DNA of 64,000 bases from NCBI GenBank assembly GCA_037200045.1, contig JBBCHM010000002.1, forward strand, positions 669,241 through 733,240. Reading direction: 5' to 3'. The DNA is from Rhizomicrobium sp. GTDB taxonomy: Bacteria; Pseudomonadota; Alphaproteobacteria; Micropepsales; Micropepsaceae. The translations under genes were made by a program, and so were the position numbers. Position 1 is the first letter of the stretch; the number at the start of each line of letters is the position of its first letter. Below, one piece after another: positions 18,656 through 28,409 of this stretch. The notes beneath the pieces are model-generated. The model had not been told where the DNA came from. It did no database searches and saw only the letters and a list, made by a program, of their open reading frames with translations.

Positions 18656-20773
18656 ATGCGTAATTTTCGCCGTTTGCTTTTGACGTCCGTTTGTTTTCTG
18701 ACCGGCGCGGGAGCGGCCTGGGCCGATGGCGCCGCGCCGCTGCAGGTGGCGTCGGTCGAAACCGTAACGGTGACGGGAACGCGCAATCCGACAGCGGTCG
18801 CGACCTTTCCCGGCATGGTGGATGTGCGCGATTACAACGAGATCCAGGCGGACATCCCGTCGACCGTGTCGGACCTGTTTTACGGGATGCCGAACGTCCA
18901 GTTCGTCGGCGGTCCGCGGCGCACCGGCGAGAGCCCCAGTATTCGCGGCCTGGGCGGCCAGGACGTGTTGGTACTGGTCGATGGCGTTCGCCAAAGCTGG
19001 ACGTCCGGCCATGACGGCCAGTTCTTCCTCGATCCGTCGCTGCTCGCCGGCGTCGATGTCGTGCGCGGCCCCAATTCGTCGCTCTATGGTTCCGGGGCGC
19101 TGGGCGGCGTGATCGCGTTTCGCACGGTCGACGCCTCGGACCTGCTCGGCGCGGGCCTGACCGCCGGCGTCCGCGTGGCGCTCGGCTATCAGGGCGTCGA
19201 CGACGAGTTCCTGCGCATGGCGACGGGCTTCACCCATATCGGCGATCTCGACGTCATCGGCAGCATCGGCGAACGCAGTTCCGGCAACATCAAGCTCGGC
19301 TCCGGCGCTTCGCTCGCCGCGGACGACGACGTCGTCACCGGTTTCGGCAAGATCGGCTACGATTTCGGCGATGGGCTGAGCGTCAAGGTATCCTATCAGG
19401 GCTATCAGGACGACGCGGTCGAACCCGACGACGGCCAGGGCGTTTCGACTGGGGCGCCGATCGACAAGCGCGTCACCAATCAGCAGGTCTCCGGCGAAAT
19501 CGACTGGAAGCCCTCCGGCACCGACCTCGTCGATCTGCACCTGACGCCTTATCACGTCGAAGGCAGGGTCCTCGAAATCGATCCGGCGACGGGCGATCGC
19601 GCGGTACAGGACATCAAGACCGACGGTTTCAGCGCCGACAACCGCATTCCCTTCGCCTTCGCCAACGTTTCCGGCCTCTTCACCTTCGGCGGCGAGTGGT
19701 ATCAGGACAGCCAAGTCGGCACCGACAGCGCCGGGGTCGGCGGCGTGCGCTCCGGCGTGCCGAACGGCAAGGACGAGTTCTGGGGCGCCTTCGCGCAGAT
19801 CGAAGCCACTGTCGATCATCCGCTGGGCGCGCCCGGCAAGCTGACGCTGATCCCGGCCGTGCGTTACGATTCGTTCAGTTCCTCCTCCACGGGCAATCCC
19901 GACCTCAACAAGAGCGCGACCTCGCCCAAGCTTGCCGCAACCTACGCGCCGGTCGACTGGTTCTTCATCTTCGGCAATGTCGGCGAGGCGTTCCGCGCGC
20001 CGGGAATCAACGAACTCTATCTGAGCGGTATTCACTTCGAAGTGCCGCACCCGATTCTGCCCGGCGTTTCGGTGGCGAACACGTTCCAGCCCAATCCCAA
20101 TCTCAAGCCGGAGACGTCGAGATATTGGGAGGCCGGCGCCGGCGTGTTATTCAACGATGTCGTCACAGCGGGCGACACGCTGCGCGGCAAGGCCTCGTAC
20201 TGGAATCAGAACGTCGACGACTTCATCGATCTCAGCGTTTTCACGCCGCCGACCTTCTACAGCATGGGTTGCTTCACGCCGCCGACCTTCCTGGCCGGCT
20301 GCAATGTCGGCCAGACGACTTCGGTCAATGTCGATGCGAGTCTGCACGGCGCCGAGGTGGAAGCGATCTACGACGCGCCGCGTTGGGCGCTGCAGGCCGA
20401 CTACGGCACGATCAGCGGCAAGGAACGCGGCACGCCTTTCGCGCTGAACTCGCTGATGCCCGATATCGTCTCGCTGATCGCGACGCTCAAAATTCCGGAA
20501 GTGGACAGCGCCTTGAACCTGCGCGTGCAAAACGCGGGCTCGTTCCACAAGAGCTACGATCCGGCCAGCAACGATCCGCCGACCGACGACCGCAAGGGCT
20601 ACACGCTGCTGGACCTCTATGCGAGTTGGCAGCCCAAGGGCAGGCTGCAGGGGTTCAGGGTCGACGCGGGTATCGACAATCTGTCGGACGCCGATTACGC
20701 GCCCTATGCCCAGGGCGTGAGCGCGGCGGGACGCAACATCAAGATCCTCGCCAGCTATAGCTACACATGGTGA
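18656..20773 (+). CDS. hmuR: TonB-dependent heme/hemoglobin receptor
   Basis: ETVTVTGTR, GHDGQFFLDP plug (His), VVRGPNSSLYGSGALGG, FRAP and NPNLKPE motifs, C-terminal YSYTW. Confidence 0.93.
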   Translation: MRNFRRLLLTSVCFLTGAGAAWADGAAPLQVASVETVTVTGTRNPTAVATFPGMVDVRDYNEIQADIPSTVSDLFYGMPNVQFVGGPRRTGESPSIRGLGGQDVLVLVDGVRQSWTSGHDGQFFLDPSLLAGVDVVRGPNSSLYGSGALGGVIAFRTVDASDLLGAGLTAGVRVALGYQGVDDEFLRMATGFTHIGDLDVIGSIGERSSGNIKLGSGASLAADDDVVTGFGKIGYDFGDGLSVKVSYQGYQDDAVEPDDGQGVSTGAPIDKRVTNQQVSGEIDWKPSGTDLVDLHLTPYHVEGRVLEIDPATGDRAVQDIKTDGFSADNRIPFAFANVSGLFTFGGEWYQDSQVGTDSAGVGGVRSGVPNGKDEFWGAFAQIEATVDHPLGAPGKLTLIPAVRYDSFSSSSTGNPDLNKSATSPKLAATYAPVDWFFIFGNVGEAFRAPGINELYLSGIHFEVPHPILPGVSVANTFQPNPNLKPETSRYWEAGAGVLFNDVVTAGDTLRGKASYWNQNVDDFIDLSVFTPPTFYSMGCFTPPTFLAGCNVGQTTSVNVDASLHGAEVEAIYDAPRWALQADYGTISGKERGTPFALNSLMPDIVSLIATLKIPEVDSALNLRVQNAGSFHKSYDPASNDPPTDDRKGYTLLDLYASWQPKGRLQGFRVDAGIDNLSDADYAPYAQGVSAAGRNIKILASYSYTW

Positions 20774-20805
20774 TTCCGACAAACCATTCGGATAAAGGGT
20801 CCGTC

Positions 20806-21273
20806 ATGCTTGCGCCCGCACTGGGGGAGGCCGAAGGCGATCATGCGGAACATGTGATGGTCTTCGCCTGGCGCATGCTGGTCGCCGGACGGGCGCGATG
20901 CCCGGTGCTGCGGGACGAACTCGCCGCCGCGGCCGGGGCGCAGGCGATGGATGTTCTGTCGGCGTTGAGCGTTTTTCTGACGACCCTCGGCAATGGCAGC
21001 CGGCATAGGCTCTGCGTCGGACCTCCGAGGTGCAGTCACCGCACCACAGACGAGCAGGCGATGCTGGCGCTTATTGCCGCGGCGCAAGACGGCGACGAAG
21101 AGCGCGTGGCCGCGCATCTGCGCTGGCTGGTCGTGCCCGACCAGCGGGACGCGGTTTCACGGAGCGTGCAGGCGCTTGCCGAGCTTGCCGACCGAGCCAG
21201 CCTTCACATCCCCGCGCCCGTTCGCCAGCATATCCAAGGCGGCCGGCGCCTTGAAGTTCTGGACCGAAGCTGA
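20806..21273 (+). CDS. Hypothetical protein downstream of hmuR
   Basis: 155 aa ORF co-oriented with hmuR, containing LCVGPPRCSHRTTDE. Confidence 0.6.
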   Translation: MLAPALGEAEGDHAEHVMVFAWRMLVAGRARCPVLRDELAAAAGAQAMDVLSALSVFLTTLGNGSRHRLCVGPPRCSHRTTDEQAMLALIAAAQDGDEERVAAHLRWLVVPDQRDAVSRSVQALAELADRASLHIPAPVRQHIQGGRRLEVLDRS

Positions 21274-21342
21274 CTGGACGTAGCGGCTGTCGCGCTGGGG
21301 GCCCGTGCTCCGGGATACGCGCGAAAACCGGACTCCAAAGCT

Positions 21343-21804
21343 TCATTCGGAATAGAGGACGCTCACCAGAACCCAGGGCGTCAATCTATCCGGCGCGAGG
21401 ATCCGCGCGAACACGGCTTCTCGTGCCTCTTTGACAAGGCCGTGTTGGAGTTCCTGGACGCCAAGGATGAACGGTTCGCCCGTGTCGAGCACCGAGGCGA
21501 CAATGGCGGCCATGTTTTCCTGATGTGGCCCGTCATGGGGATGCGCATGGATTGCCGAATATCGAAGCGATGTCACTTCCTGGCCGAAAGGACGTCGCAA
21601 TCCAGATCCGGCGACTCGGATGCGGAAATTGCCGTCGCTGGCGGGCTCGATGACCATGATGGAATGCAGGAGAGACGAAATCTCGCGAGACGGCAGATCC
21701 CGGCCGACAACCGGCCCTCCGGCCGCCTCGCATTTGCGGATGAACGCCAGAAGGCTGCGGTTGGAAGCATGCGCAGGCTCCGACACGCGCCCATAGCGAA
21801 ACAC
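21343..21804 (-). CDS. PAS_5-like domain protein
   Basis: RDLPSREISSLLHSIMVIEP...FRIRVAGSGLRRPFGQEVT resembles PAS_5; start uncertain (GTG 21804 chosen, frame open to 22104). Confidence 0.6.
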   Translation of the reverse strand: MFRYGRVSEPAHASNRSLLAFIRKCEAAGGPVVGRDLPSREISSLLHSIMVIEPASDGNFRIRVAGSGLRRPFGQEVTSLRYSAIHAHPHDGPHQENMAAIVASVLDTGEPFILGVQELQHGLVKEAREAVFARILAPDRLTPWVLVSVLYSE

Positions 21805-21940
21805 ATGGCCCCGCCCTTCAGGGCCATGTACCTCCCAACACGTCGCCGCGGGTTTCAAATCTCCTCCGTTCGACCTGTCCGTCCTTCCCGACTGTGCCGA
21901 TCCGTTCTCCGTGGTGCGCGTCACGGCGGAAATGGACGGT

Positions 21941-22318
21941 CTATGGGCGACCGGATACCAAGGTCGCCGTGCATGAATTGCCGAACGGGTCGGTGATCGG
22001 CCAGCTATCGCCGACCTTGCGGGCTTCGGACGAATAGCAAACCGGCTTTTCGCCGGCGCCCGGCGGCGGATTGGTCTGATTGAAGCAGACCGCCGTTCCA
22101 TCATCGGCCCAGCGGCCGGTGCTGGACGGATGGCCGGTGGGGATCACCGTGAAGCCGCCATTCGAATCCACTAGGACCTTCGTGACGTCGCCATTGGCGT
22201 ATTTGCACAGGACCGTGTTTCCGAAGTGGCCGGACATGTCGCCGGCCGTCGCGGCGGATGCCAGGCACGTCGATATCGCCACCGCCGTCATCAGGCCGAC
22301 CGGCCGAAGATTTCTCAT
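21941..22318 (-). CDS. Small secreted protein with four Cys
   Basis: Signal peptide MRNLRPVGLMTAVAISTCLASAATA; FGNTV...GDSW motif; RBS AAAGGG; follows the TonB receptor. Confidence 0.7.
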   Translation of the reverse strand: MRNLRPVGLMTAVAISTCLASAATAGDMSGHFGNTVLCKYANGDVTKVLVDSNGGFTVIPTGHPSSTGRWADDGTAVCFNQTNPPPGAGEKPVCYSSEARKVGDSWPITDPFGNSCTATLVSGRP

Positions 22319-22332
22319 CTGCGTCCCTTTCT

Positions 22333-24651
22333 TCAATAGCGATAGGTCAGAGACCCGCCGAACCAGCGCGGGCGATCGAGCGTGTCGACGGCGGCGCCGA
22401 CCTGGCCGACGAAATCCACGCGCGTCGCGATGATCGTCTCGTCAGTGAAGTTGTTGACGAACGCGGCCGCCGTCCACTTGCCGCCGGGCAGATCGTAGTT
22501 GATCCGCGCGTCGAACCGGTGATAGGCGGGGATACGCTCGTCCGGATAGTCGATCGCGCTGATCGAACGCCTGCCGACATAGACTCCGTTGAGCTGTAGC
22601 GAGAGTTCGTCGTCGCCCTGCACCTCGAAGCCGTAACGCACCTCGCCGTTGAAGCTCCACCTCGGCGCGTCGGGCATCTGGAAATTTCCGCTGCCGCCGC
22701 TGGGGAACGGCACATTGTATTGCAGCGTGTCGAGATAGGTGCCCGCCCCCATGAGGGTGAGATCCGGCAACGGCCGCAAGGTGAGCGCGAGCTCCGCGCC
22801 CCTGACGCGAGCGTCGACATTGAGCACACGCAAGCCGCCGTCCGTGCTCGCCGCGAAGGATTGGTAGTCCTTATAGTCGTAGTAGAAGAACGACGTATCC
22901 ACGGTCAGAAGCCGGTCGTCGGTCGTCGCCTTGGCGCCGATCTCGTAGTTGATCAGCGTTTCCGGCTTAAACTCCACGGCCGAGGCGGGATAGAATTCGG
23001 CGCCGCCCGAATTGAAGCCGCCGCTCTTGGTGCCGCGGGTGACGCCGCCATAGACCATGATGTTGTCGGTGGGCTCGTACTTCATGACGGCGCGGCCGGA
23101 CCAGTCGGCGTGGCTGAAGCTGCCGTCATAGGTGCGGTTGAAAGCAATAGCGCCCGGGAACACGGCCGTGCCGAGGATGTCGCAGAGATTCGGCGGCGCC
23201 ATCGGATTGGACGTGCAGGTCGAAACGTTGTGGAGGGACTTGTTGTCGTTGATGCCGCGCAAGCCGAGACTGAGCGTCAACTTGTCCGTCAGGCCGATAT
23301 CGGCCTGGCCGAACAGGGCATAGCTCTCGGTGTGCTGGCGGTAGTCGGCGGGCAGCCGCACGCCGAAGCCGGGATGGTTGTACAGATCGGTGACGACCAG
23401 GATGTGGTGGTCGATATTGAGATAATAGGCTCCCGCGACCCAGGTGAGCCACGAATTGGCGCCGCTCAGCCGCAGTTCCTGCGAGAACTGGTTGGAGTCC
23501 TTGTCGTGGATCTCGTAGTTGAACAGCGTCGGCGGCGCGGCGTCCTCGTCGACCAGGAAGTCGTTGTTGAGATGCTGATAGTCGGTGACCGACGTCAGCG
23601 TAACGTCGTCGCTGATGTCCCACTGGCCGGTGCCGGTCAGGCCGCCATAGGTCTGGTTGTAGCGCGCCTCCGGGCTGACGGCGGTGTGGAAAGGATCAGG
23701 CTGCGTGACGAAGCAATTGCCGCCTTGCCACGCGCCGGCCGGCGTCGGCACCAGTCCGTGCGTGACGCCGGCGCAGAACGCGGCATAGTCGGCGGCGCTG
23801 GTTGGATGGCGCACCAGGCCGCTGGGCTCCTGGACGAAGGGGGTCGGCGCGACGCTGACGCTCGGGCTCGGCAGGAAGCGCCAGATGTGCGCGGATACGG
23901 TGTAGTGAAAGTCGGAAGTCGGCTCCCACAGGAACTGCAGCCGAGCGGCCAGGCTATTCTCCGCGTCGAGCGACGGACCGATGCTGTTCTTGATGTAGCC
24001 GTCGTCCCGGTCATAAGCGATGGAAAACCGCGCGCTCAACGTGTCGCTGAGCGCCCCACCGACGGCGCCTTGCACATTGACCTCGTTGTAGCTGCCATAT
24101 TCCACCATCGCAGTGGCGTCGAAGGTCTGGGACGGCTGACGCGTGACGATGTTGATGAGGCCGCCGGTGGCGTTGCGCCCGAACAGCGTTCCCTGCGGAC
24201 CCTTGAGCACTTCGATGCGGTCCACGTCGAAGATCGGCTGCGCCACCGCCGGGATGAAGCTCACATAGGCCTGGTCGACGAACACCGCGACCGCGCCTTC
24301 GTTCTGCACGTTGATGTCGCGTTGTCCGACGCCGCGCAGGCTGAGCGCGGAGACCGCGGGATTGCCGGGCTCGGTCACGCGAAAGCTCGGCACATAGGCC
24401 GTCAGGTCCTGGACGTTGCGGATATCGAGCGTCGCGATCCTGTTGGCGCCGAGCGCGGTGATGTTGATCGGAACCTTCTGGACGTCTTCGGCGCGTTTTT
24501 CGGCGGTGACGACCACCGTCTCGATAGCCTCGGCGCCGGACGGCGACCCGCTTGCCGAAGCATCCGCGAGCGCGGCGTTCGATTGCGCCACCGAAACGGC
24601 CGAGCCGAGCGCGAGCGCCATCCACACAGCGGTGCTGTTGCGAAAATTCAT
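22333..24651 (-). CDS. TonB-dependent receptor (aromatic catabolic cluster)
   Basis: ETVVVTAEKR, IEVLKGPQGTLFGRNATGG, SQELRL, C-terminal LTYRY. Confidence 0.93.
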   Translation of the reverse strand: MNFRNSTAVWMALALGSAVSVAQSNAALADASASGSPSGAEAIETVVVTAEKRAEDVQKVPINITALGANRIATLDIRNVQDLTAYVPSFRVTEPGNPAVSALSLRGVGQRDINVQNEGAVAVFVDQAYVSFIPAVAQPIFDVDRIEVLKGPQGTLFGRNATGGLINIVTRQPSQTFDATAMVEYGSYNEVNVQGAVGGALSDTLSARFSIAYDRDDGYIKNSIGPSLDAENSLAARLQFLWEPTSDFHYTVSAHIWRFLPSPSVSVAPTPFVQEPSGLVRHPTSAADYAAFCAGVTHGLVPTPAGAWQGGNCFVTQPDPFHTAVSPEARYNQTYGGLTGTGQWDISDDVTLTSVTDYQHLNNDFLVDEDAAPPTLFNYEIHDKDSNQFSQELRLSGANSWLTWVAGAYYLNIDHHILVVTDLYNHPGFGVRLPADYRQHTESYALFGQADIGLTDKLTLSLGLRGINDNKSLHNVSTCTSNPMAPPNLCDILGTAVFPGAIAFNRTYDGSFSHADWSGRAVMKYEPTDNIMVYGGVTRGTKSGGFNSGGAEFYPASAVEFKPETLINYEIGAKATTDDRLLTVDTSFFYYDYKDYQSFAASTDGGLRVLNVDARVRGAELALTLRPLPDLTLMGAGTYLDTLQYNVPFPSGGSGNFQMPDAPRWSFNGEVRYGFEVQGDDELSLQLNGVYVGRRSISAIDYPDERIPAYHRFDARINYDLPGGKWTAAAFVNNFTDETIIATRVDFVGQVGAAVDTLDRPRWFGGSLTYRY

Positions 24652-24774
24652 GGTGAAATCCCTCCCCTTCTCGCTCGCTACGGGCGAGCACCGATTATTT
24701 TTTTTGTTTTGGCGTCTTGGTTCGTCTCTCCTGGACGACCTCCTCCGAGTCCCGTTTCCCGTGAAAATTGCTGC

Positions 24775-25701
24775 TCAGGCGATTTCGTAGTTCTTGCCGA
24801 AATCCGGCGGCGGCGGCCCGTCAGCGGACCACAGGAACATCCCGTCCTTCTTGGTCCAGTCCACGGGCTTCCACTCGGTGTCCTTCCCGACCCGGTCCAT
24901 GTCGAAGAAGTATTCGGCCATCCCATTCCAGGGATCGCGGAAGTAGTGGAAATAGTTGGAGCCGACGCCGTGGCGGCCAGGGCCCCAGGCGTGGCGATAC
25001 CCCTTCCCCAGAATCCGTTTCGCGGCGATTTCGGTTTCGTCGATCGATGCCAGTTCGAAGCTGGCGTGATGGAATCCGGGCGCCGGCGAGTTCAGCAGGC
25101 CGAGCACATGATGATCGCTGTCGCCCGTGGTGCGCAGGAAGGCGGCGTAGGCGTCGACGATGGTGTCGCTCACCTGCATGCCGAGCACGTCGGAATAGAA
25201 GCGCAGTTGTCGCGTCACGTCCGGCGTGAAGAGGATAAGATGCCCCAGCCGGCGCGGCCTGGCGGCAATGTCTGGCCGCGGGCATCCGCGCCGGCCGATC
25301 CGGCTGACCGAACCGGGCCAGTTGATGTCGGGCACGGGTTCGCCGTGCGGCAGAGCCGGTTCGGCGACATGGACATTGACGAGGTTGCCGTCGGCATCGT
25401 GAAACCAGAGTCCATCCGGCGCATCCCGGTGAGGCGGATCGAGCCGCGCGATATCGCGCGCCTTCAGATTGCGATCGATCTGCGCCAACCCGCTCGCATC
25501 GGCGCCGAACGAAATGTGATGGAATTTGCGGTCGCGCCCGGTTTCAATCAGCACGACTTCGTCGTGATCGCGGCCGTCGCAGCGAAAACCGATCCGGTCG
25601 CCCTGCCCCTCGCGCGCGTTGAGGCCGAACGTCGTGTAGAACTCCATGCCGGCGCGCAAATCCGGTACGCCGAGCGCAAGGTATCGTAGTGCGTTGATCA
25701 T
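24775..25701 (-). CDS. VOC-fold (type I) extradiol dioxygenase-like protein
   Basis: Two VOC domains; LGHLIL, DHHVL, FHHASFE, GPGRHGVGSNYFHYFRDPWNGMAEY retain the His/His/Glu metal ligands; RBS GGAGG. Confidence 0.85.
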   Translation of the reverse strand: MINALRYLALGVPDLRAGMEFYTTFGLNAREGQGDRIGFRCDGRDHDEVVLIETGRDRKFHHISFGADASGLAQIDRNLKARDIARLDPPHRDAPDGLWFHDADGNLVNVHVAEPALPHGEPVPDINWPGSVSRIGRRGCPRPDIAARPRRLGHLILFTPDVTRQLRFYSDVLGMQVSDTIVDAYAAFLRTTGDSDHHVLGLLNSPAPGFHHASFELASIDETEIAAKRILGKGYRHAWGPGRHGVGSNYFHYFRDPWNGMAEYFFDMDRVGKDTEWKPVDWTKKDGMFLWSADGPPPPDFGKNYEIA

Positions 25702-26687
25702 TGGCCTCCTCCCATCGAAGCTTTGAGATCGTGGACCCGGCGGTCCGCGACGGCCGGCACCGCCGCGGCAATGCCCATGCCGGCATTCCATGCTGCAATA
25801 TCGCGATAGAACAGGGTTTTCGAATGGTAAGGGCCGGACGCGCCGAGCGCCGCATAGGCGGCAATCCAGGAGCGGACTTCGTGTCCGCCGCAACCGGCTG
25901 TGCGCGTGAGTTCCTCGTCGGTGACGCGATCGAGCAGATCGAGTTCGCCGCGCGCCAATCCGTCCATGAACGAGCGGTCCCAGTCGGGATTGAGGGGCAG
26001 CGCGGCGCCTTCGCCTTTCATGAGCTTGCGCGCCGTTTCAAAATTCTGCTGCTCGCGCGCGCGCCGGGCCTCGATTGGAAGATTGCGCCCCGCGATCAGC
26101 ATCTCCGCGACCTTGGGCGATGCATTCGCCATTTTCGGGATCGGCGGATCGTGCGACAGCCCACCGGACCCCAGCAGCAGCACGCGCAAATCGAGCGCCG
26201 CCGCCCAGGTTCCTATGGCCTCTCCCAGCCTGCGGACGCGACGGAAGGACGGAAGCGGCGGTCCTGCGCAGTTGATGTGGACCGGCAGCACCGGGTAGCT
26301 GTCGACGCGTCCGGTCAGCAGCACCAGCAATTGGGCGAAGCCGTGATCGGCCTGCATGCGATAGGACATGGCGATGTCGACATCGTCGGCCAGCACCGAC
26401 CGGACGCAATCCACGGCCAGCGCCTCCGGCACGTCGAAGTCGCCGGCGCCGATATCGTAGTCGCCGATCGCCGTGGCCCGTATGCCGATCGTGAACGGCG
26501 GCAGCATGTCGTAGAAGAAGCCCTTGAAATGGTCGGGTGCGAAGATGATGACCAGTTGCGGGTCATAGGCGCGAACCTGGTCCGCGAGAGTGGAGAAGTG
26601 CGCGCGCACCTCGCGGTCGACGAGCGGGTCGGCGGCGACGTGGTCCATCAGCGGCGTGTGCGAGGCGCAGATGAGGCGCACGGTCAT
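25698..26687 (-). CDS. mhpB: 3-carboxyethylcatechol 2,3-dioxygenase (LigB fold)
   Basis: CASHTPL, FAPDHFKGFFYDMLPPF, ADHG, GSGGLSHDPP, LNPDWD, GGHEVRSWIAA. Confidence 0.88.
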   Translation of the reverse strand: MTVRLICASHTPLMDHVAADPLVDREVRAHFSTLADQVRAYDPQLVIIFAPDHFKGFFYDMLPPFTIGIRATAIGDYDIGAGDFDVPEALAVDCVRSVLADDVDIAMSYRMQADHGFAQLLVLLTGRVDSYPVLPVHINCAGPPLPSFRRVRRLGEAIGTWAAALDLRVLLLGSGGLSHDPPIPKMANASPKVAEMLIAGRNLPIEARRAREQQNFETARKLMKGEGAALPLNPDWDRSFMDGLARGELDLLDRVTDEELTRTAGCGGHEVRSWIAAYAALGASGPYHSKTLFYRDIAAWNAGMGIAAAVPAVADRRVHDLKASMGGGQ

Positions 26688-27589
26688 TATCGGTCTCCGG
26701 CCGCGGCGGCGCGGATGCGCGGGACCGAACCCGCATGTTCCGCAAGAAAATCGAGATGGAGCGCGTTGAATTCTTCGGCCTTCTCCCATTGCGGCCAGTG
26801 CGCGCAATCGCTCATGACGACCAGGCGCGAATCGGGGATGGCGGCGACGAAACGCTCCCCGGTCGCGACCGGCGCGGTGGGATCGTGCTCCGTCCAGATC
26901 ACCAGCGTCGGCGCGCCGATGCGCGTGAGGCCTTCGTCGGTGAGCACATTGCGCATGCGGATCTCCATGTCCTGGAGACACAGAATGTGTTCCATCGCGC
27001 GCAGGAACCCCGGCTGGGTGTAGATGCGATGGCGCAGCTCGACCAGATCATCGGTCACGCGCGATGGATCGTTCATCAGCCATTCGAGACGGGCGCGCAC
27101 CGTTTGGGGACTCGCCTCGGCCACTGCCTTCATGGTGACGGTGTAGACCCGCTTCATGACCACCGGATCGGTGTTGAGGCCGCCGGCGGTGTTGAGCGTC
27201 AGCGAGGCCACGCGCTCGGGATGGTCGATGGCGAATTGCGCGACGATCCAACCGCCCAGCGACTCGCCGTGAAGATGGGCGCGTTCGATGCCGAGCGCAT
27301 CGCAGAAATCGAGCAGATGACGGACATAGTGCGGAATCTCATAGTCGTGATCGGGCTTGTCCGAGAAGCCATGGCCGACCATATCGAGCGCGACGGTGCG
27401 GAACCGCTCGGCATGCGGCAGCAGATTGCGCGTGAAGGATTCGAGATGGCCGCCGGTGCCGTGCACGAACACCACGGCTTCGGACGAAGCCGTGTCGCCG
27501 GCCTCGATATAGCGGGTGCGGATACCGCCGGCATTCACGAAGCCCAGCCGGATCGCTCCGTTCGCGATCTCAGGCCACAGATAGGCCAT
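26687..27589 (-). CDS. mhpC: Meta-cleavage product hydrolase (alpha/beta hydrolase)
   Basis: HGTGGH, DMVGHG, GESLGG nucleophile elbow, HWPQWE; TAATG coupling to mhpB. Confidence 0.85.
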   Translation of the reverse strand: MAYLWPEIANGAIRLGFVNAGGIRTRYIEAGDTASSEAVVFVHGTGGHLESFTRNLLPHAERFRTVALDMVGHGFSDKPDHDYEIPHYVRHLLDFCDALGIERAHLHGESLGGWIVAQFAIDHPERVASLTLNTAGGLNTDPVVMKRVYTVTMKAVAEASPQTVRARLEWLMNDPSRVTDDLVELRHRIYTQPGFLRAMEHILCLQDMEIRMRNVLTDEGLTRIGAPTLVIWTEHDPTAPVATGERFVAAIPDSRLVVMSDCAHWPQWEKAEEFNALHLDFLAEHAGSVPRIRAAAAGDR

Positions 27590-27619
27590 AGCGCCCTCCC
27601 CGAGCGTCCACTTTGATGT

Positions 27620-27663
27620 ATACTAGCATGTAAGATGGAGATGTAAATACTAGCATGCAAGAT
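27620..27663. promoter_or_regulatory. Tandem 17-bp repeats ATACTAGCATGYAAGAT, putative GntR operator
   Basis: Copies at 27620-27636 and 27647-27663 in the mhpC/gntR divergent promoter; third copy at 30388-30404. Confidence 0.65.
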
Positions 27664-28389
27664 ATTGGCGGCACGGCTTCGAACCCTTTAGAAGCGTTGG
27701 CGGAAACCGCCACCGCTCGCAGACGCAATGCGGGTGCGAGAAGGACGCCGGAATTGAGCAAGAACAACCGGATCTACGATCTGGTCATCGACCGTCTCGT
27801 CAACGCGGGCTACGCTTTCGGCGACCGCTTGCTGGTGAAAGAACTGGCGACGGAGACGGGCGCCAGCCGCCAGCCGATCATGGCCGCGCTCAACCGGCTG
27901 AGCGCCGACGGCTTCGTCCGCATCATCCCGCAGGTCGGCTGCCAGGTGATCGATCCCAGCCGCGACGAGATCGCGGACTTCTTCCTGATGTTCCAGCGCA
28001 TGGAGGGCCTTCTGGCGGAGCTCGCCGCGACAAGGCGCACCGAGGAGCAGCTGCGCGAACTGGTCCGGACGCAGGAACGCCTCGTGGCCATCGAGCGCAC
28101 CGCGGATGCCCACGCCCATGCCGCCCTCAATCGCGTGTTCCATCACCTGCTGCACATCATGGCGCGCTCGCCGCTGCTGGACGAGAAGCAGCGCGCCAAC
28201 TTCAACATGAGCGACTTCTTCATCACCCATTCAGCGGGGTTTGGCGCCTTCATGTCCGATGCGGTGCGCGAGCATGAACAGATCATCGATGCGATCACCA
28301 AGCGGCAGCCGGAGCGAGCGCGCTTGGTGGCGGAGGGCCATATCGCGGCCGTCGCCAGCGCGGTGCTGTCGGGCCTGAAGGACCGCTAA
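27655..28389 (+). CDS. GntR/FCD family transcriptional regulator
   Basis: HTH LAT...SRQPIMAALNRLSADG and FCD NRVFHH...EHEQII; start uncertain. Confidence 0.88.
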   Translation: MQDIGGTASNPLEALAETATARRRNAGARRTPELSKNNRIYDLVIDRLVNAGYAFGDRLLVKELATETGASRQPIMAALNRLSADGFVRIIPQVGCQVIDPSRDEIADFFLMFQRMEGLLAELAATRRTEEQLRELVRTQERLVAIERTADAHAHAALNRVFHHLLHIMARSPLLDEKQRANFNMSDFFITHSAGFGAFMSDAVREHEQIIDAITKRQPERARLVAEGHIAAVASAVLSGLKDR

Positions 28390-28409
28390 CCCGTCAAGCA
28401 ATCACCGGC

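Noticed and set aside
24673-24712. GCTCGC-TACGG-GCGAGC hairpin followed by a T-run
   Set aside because: Terminator-like only on the plus strand, while the flanking genes are on the minus strand; possibly an mRNA-stabilising stem, but unsupported
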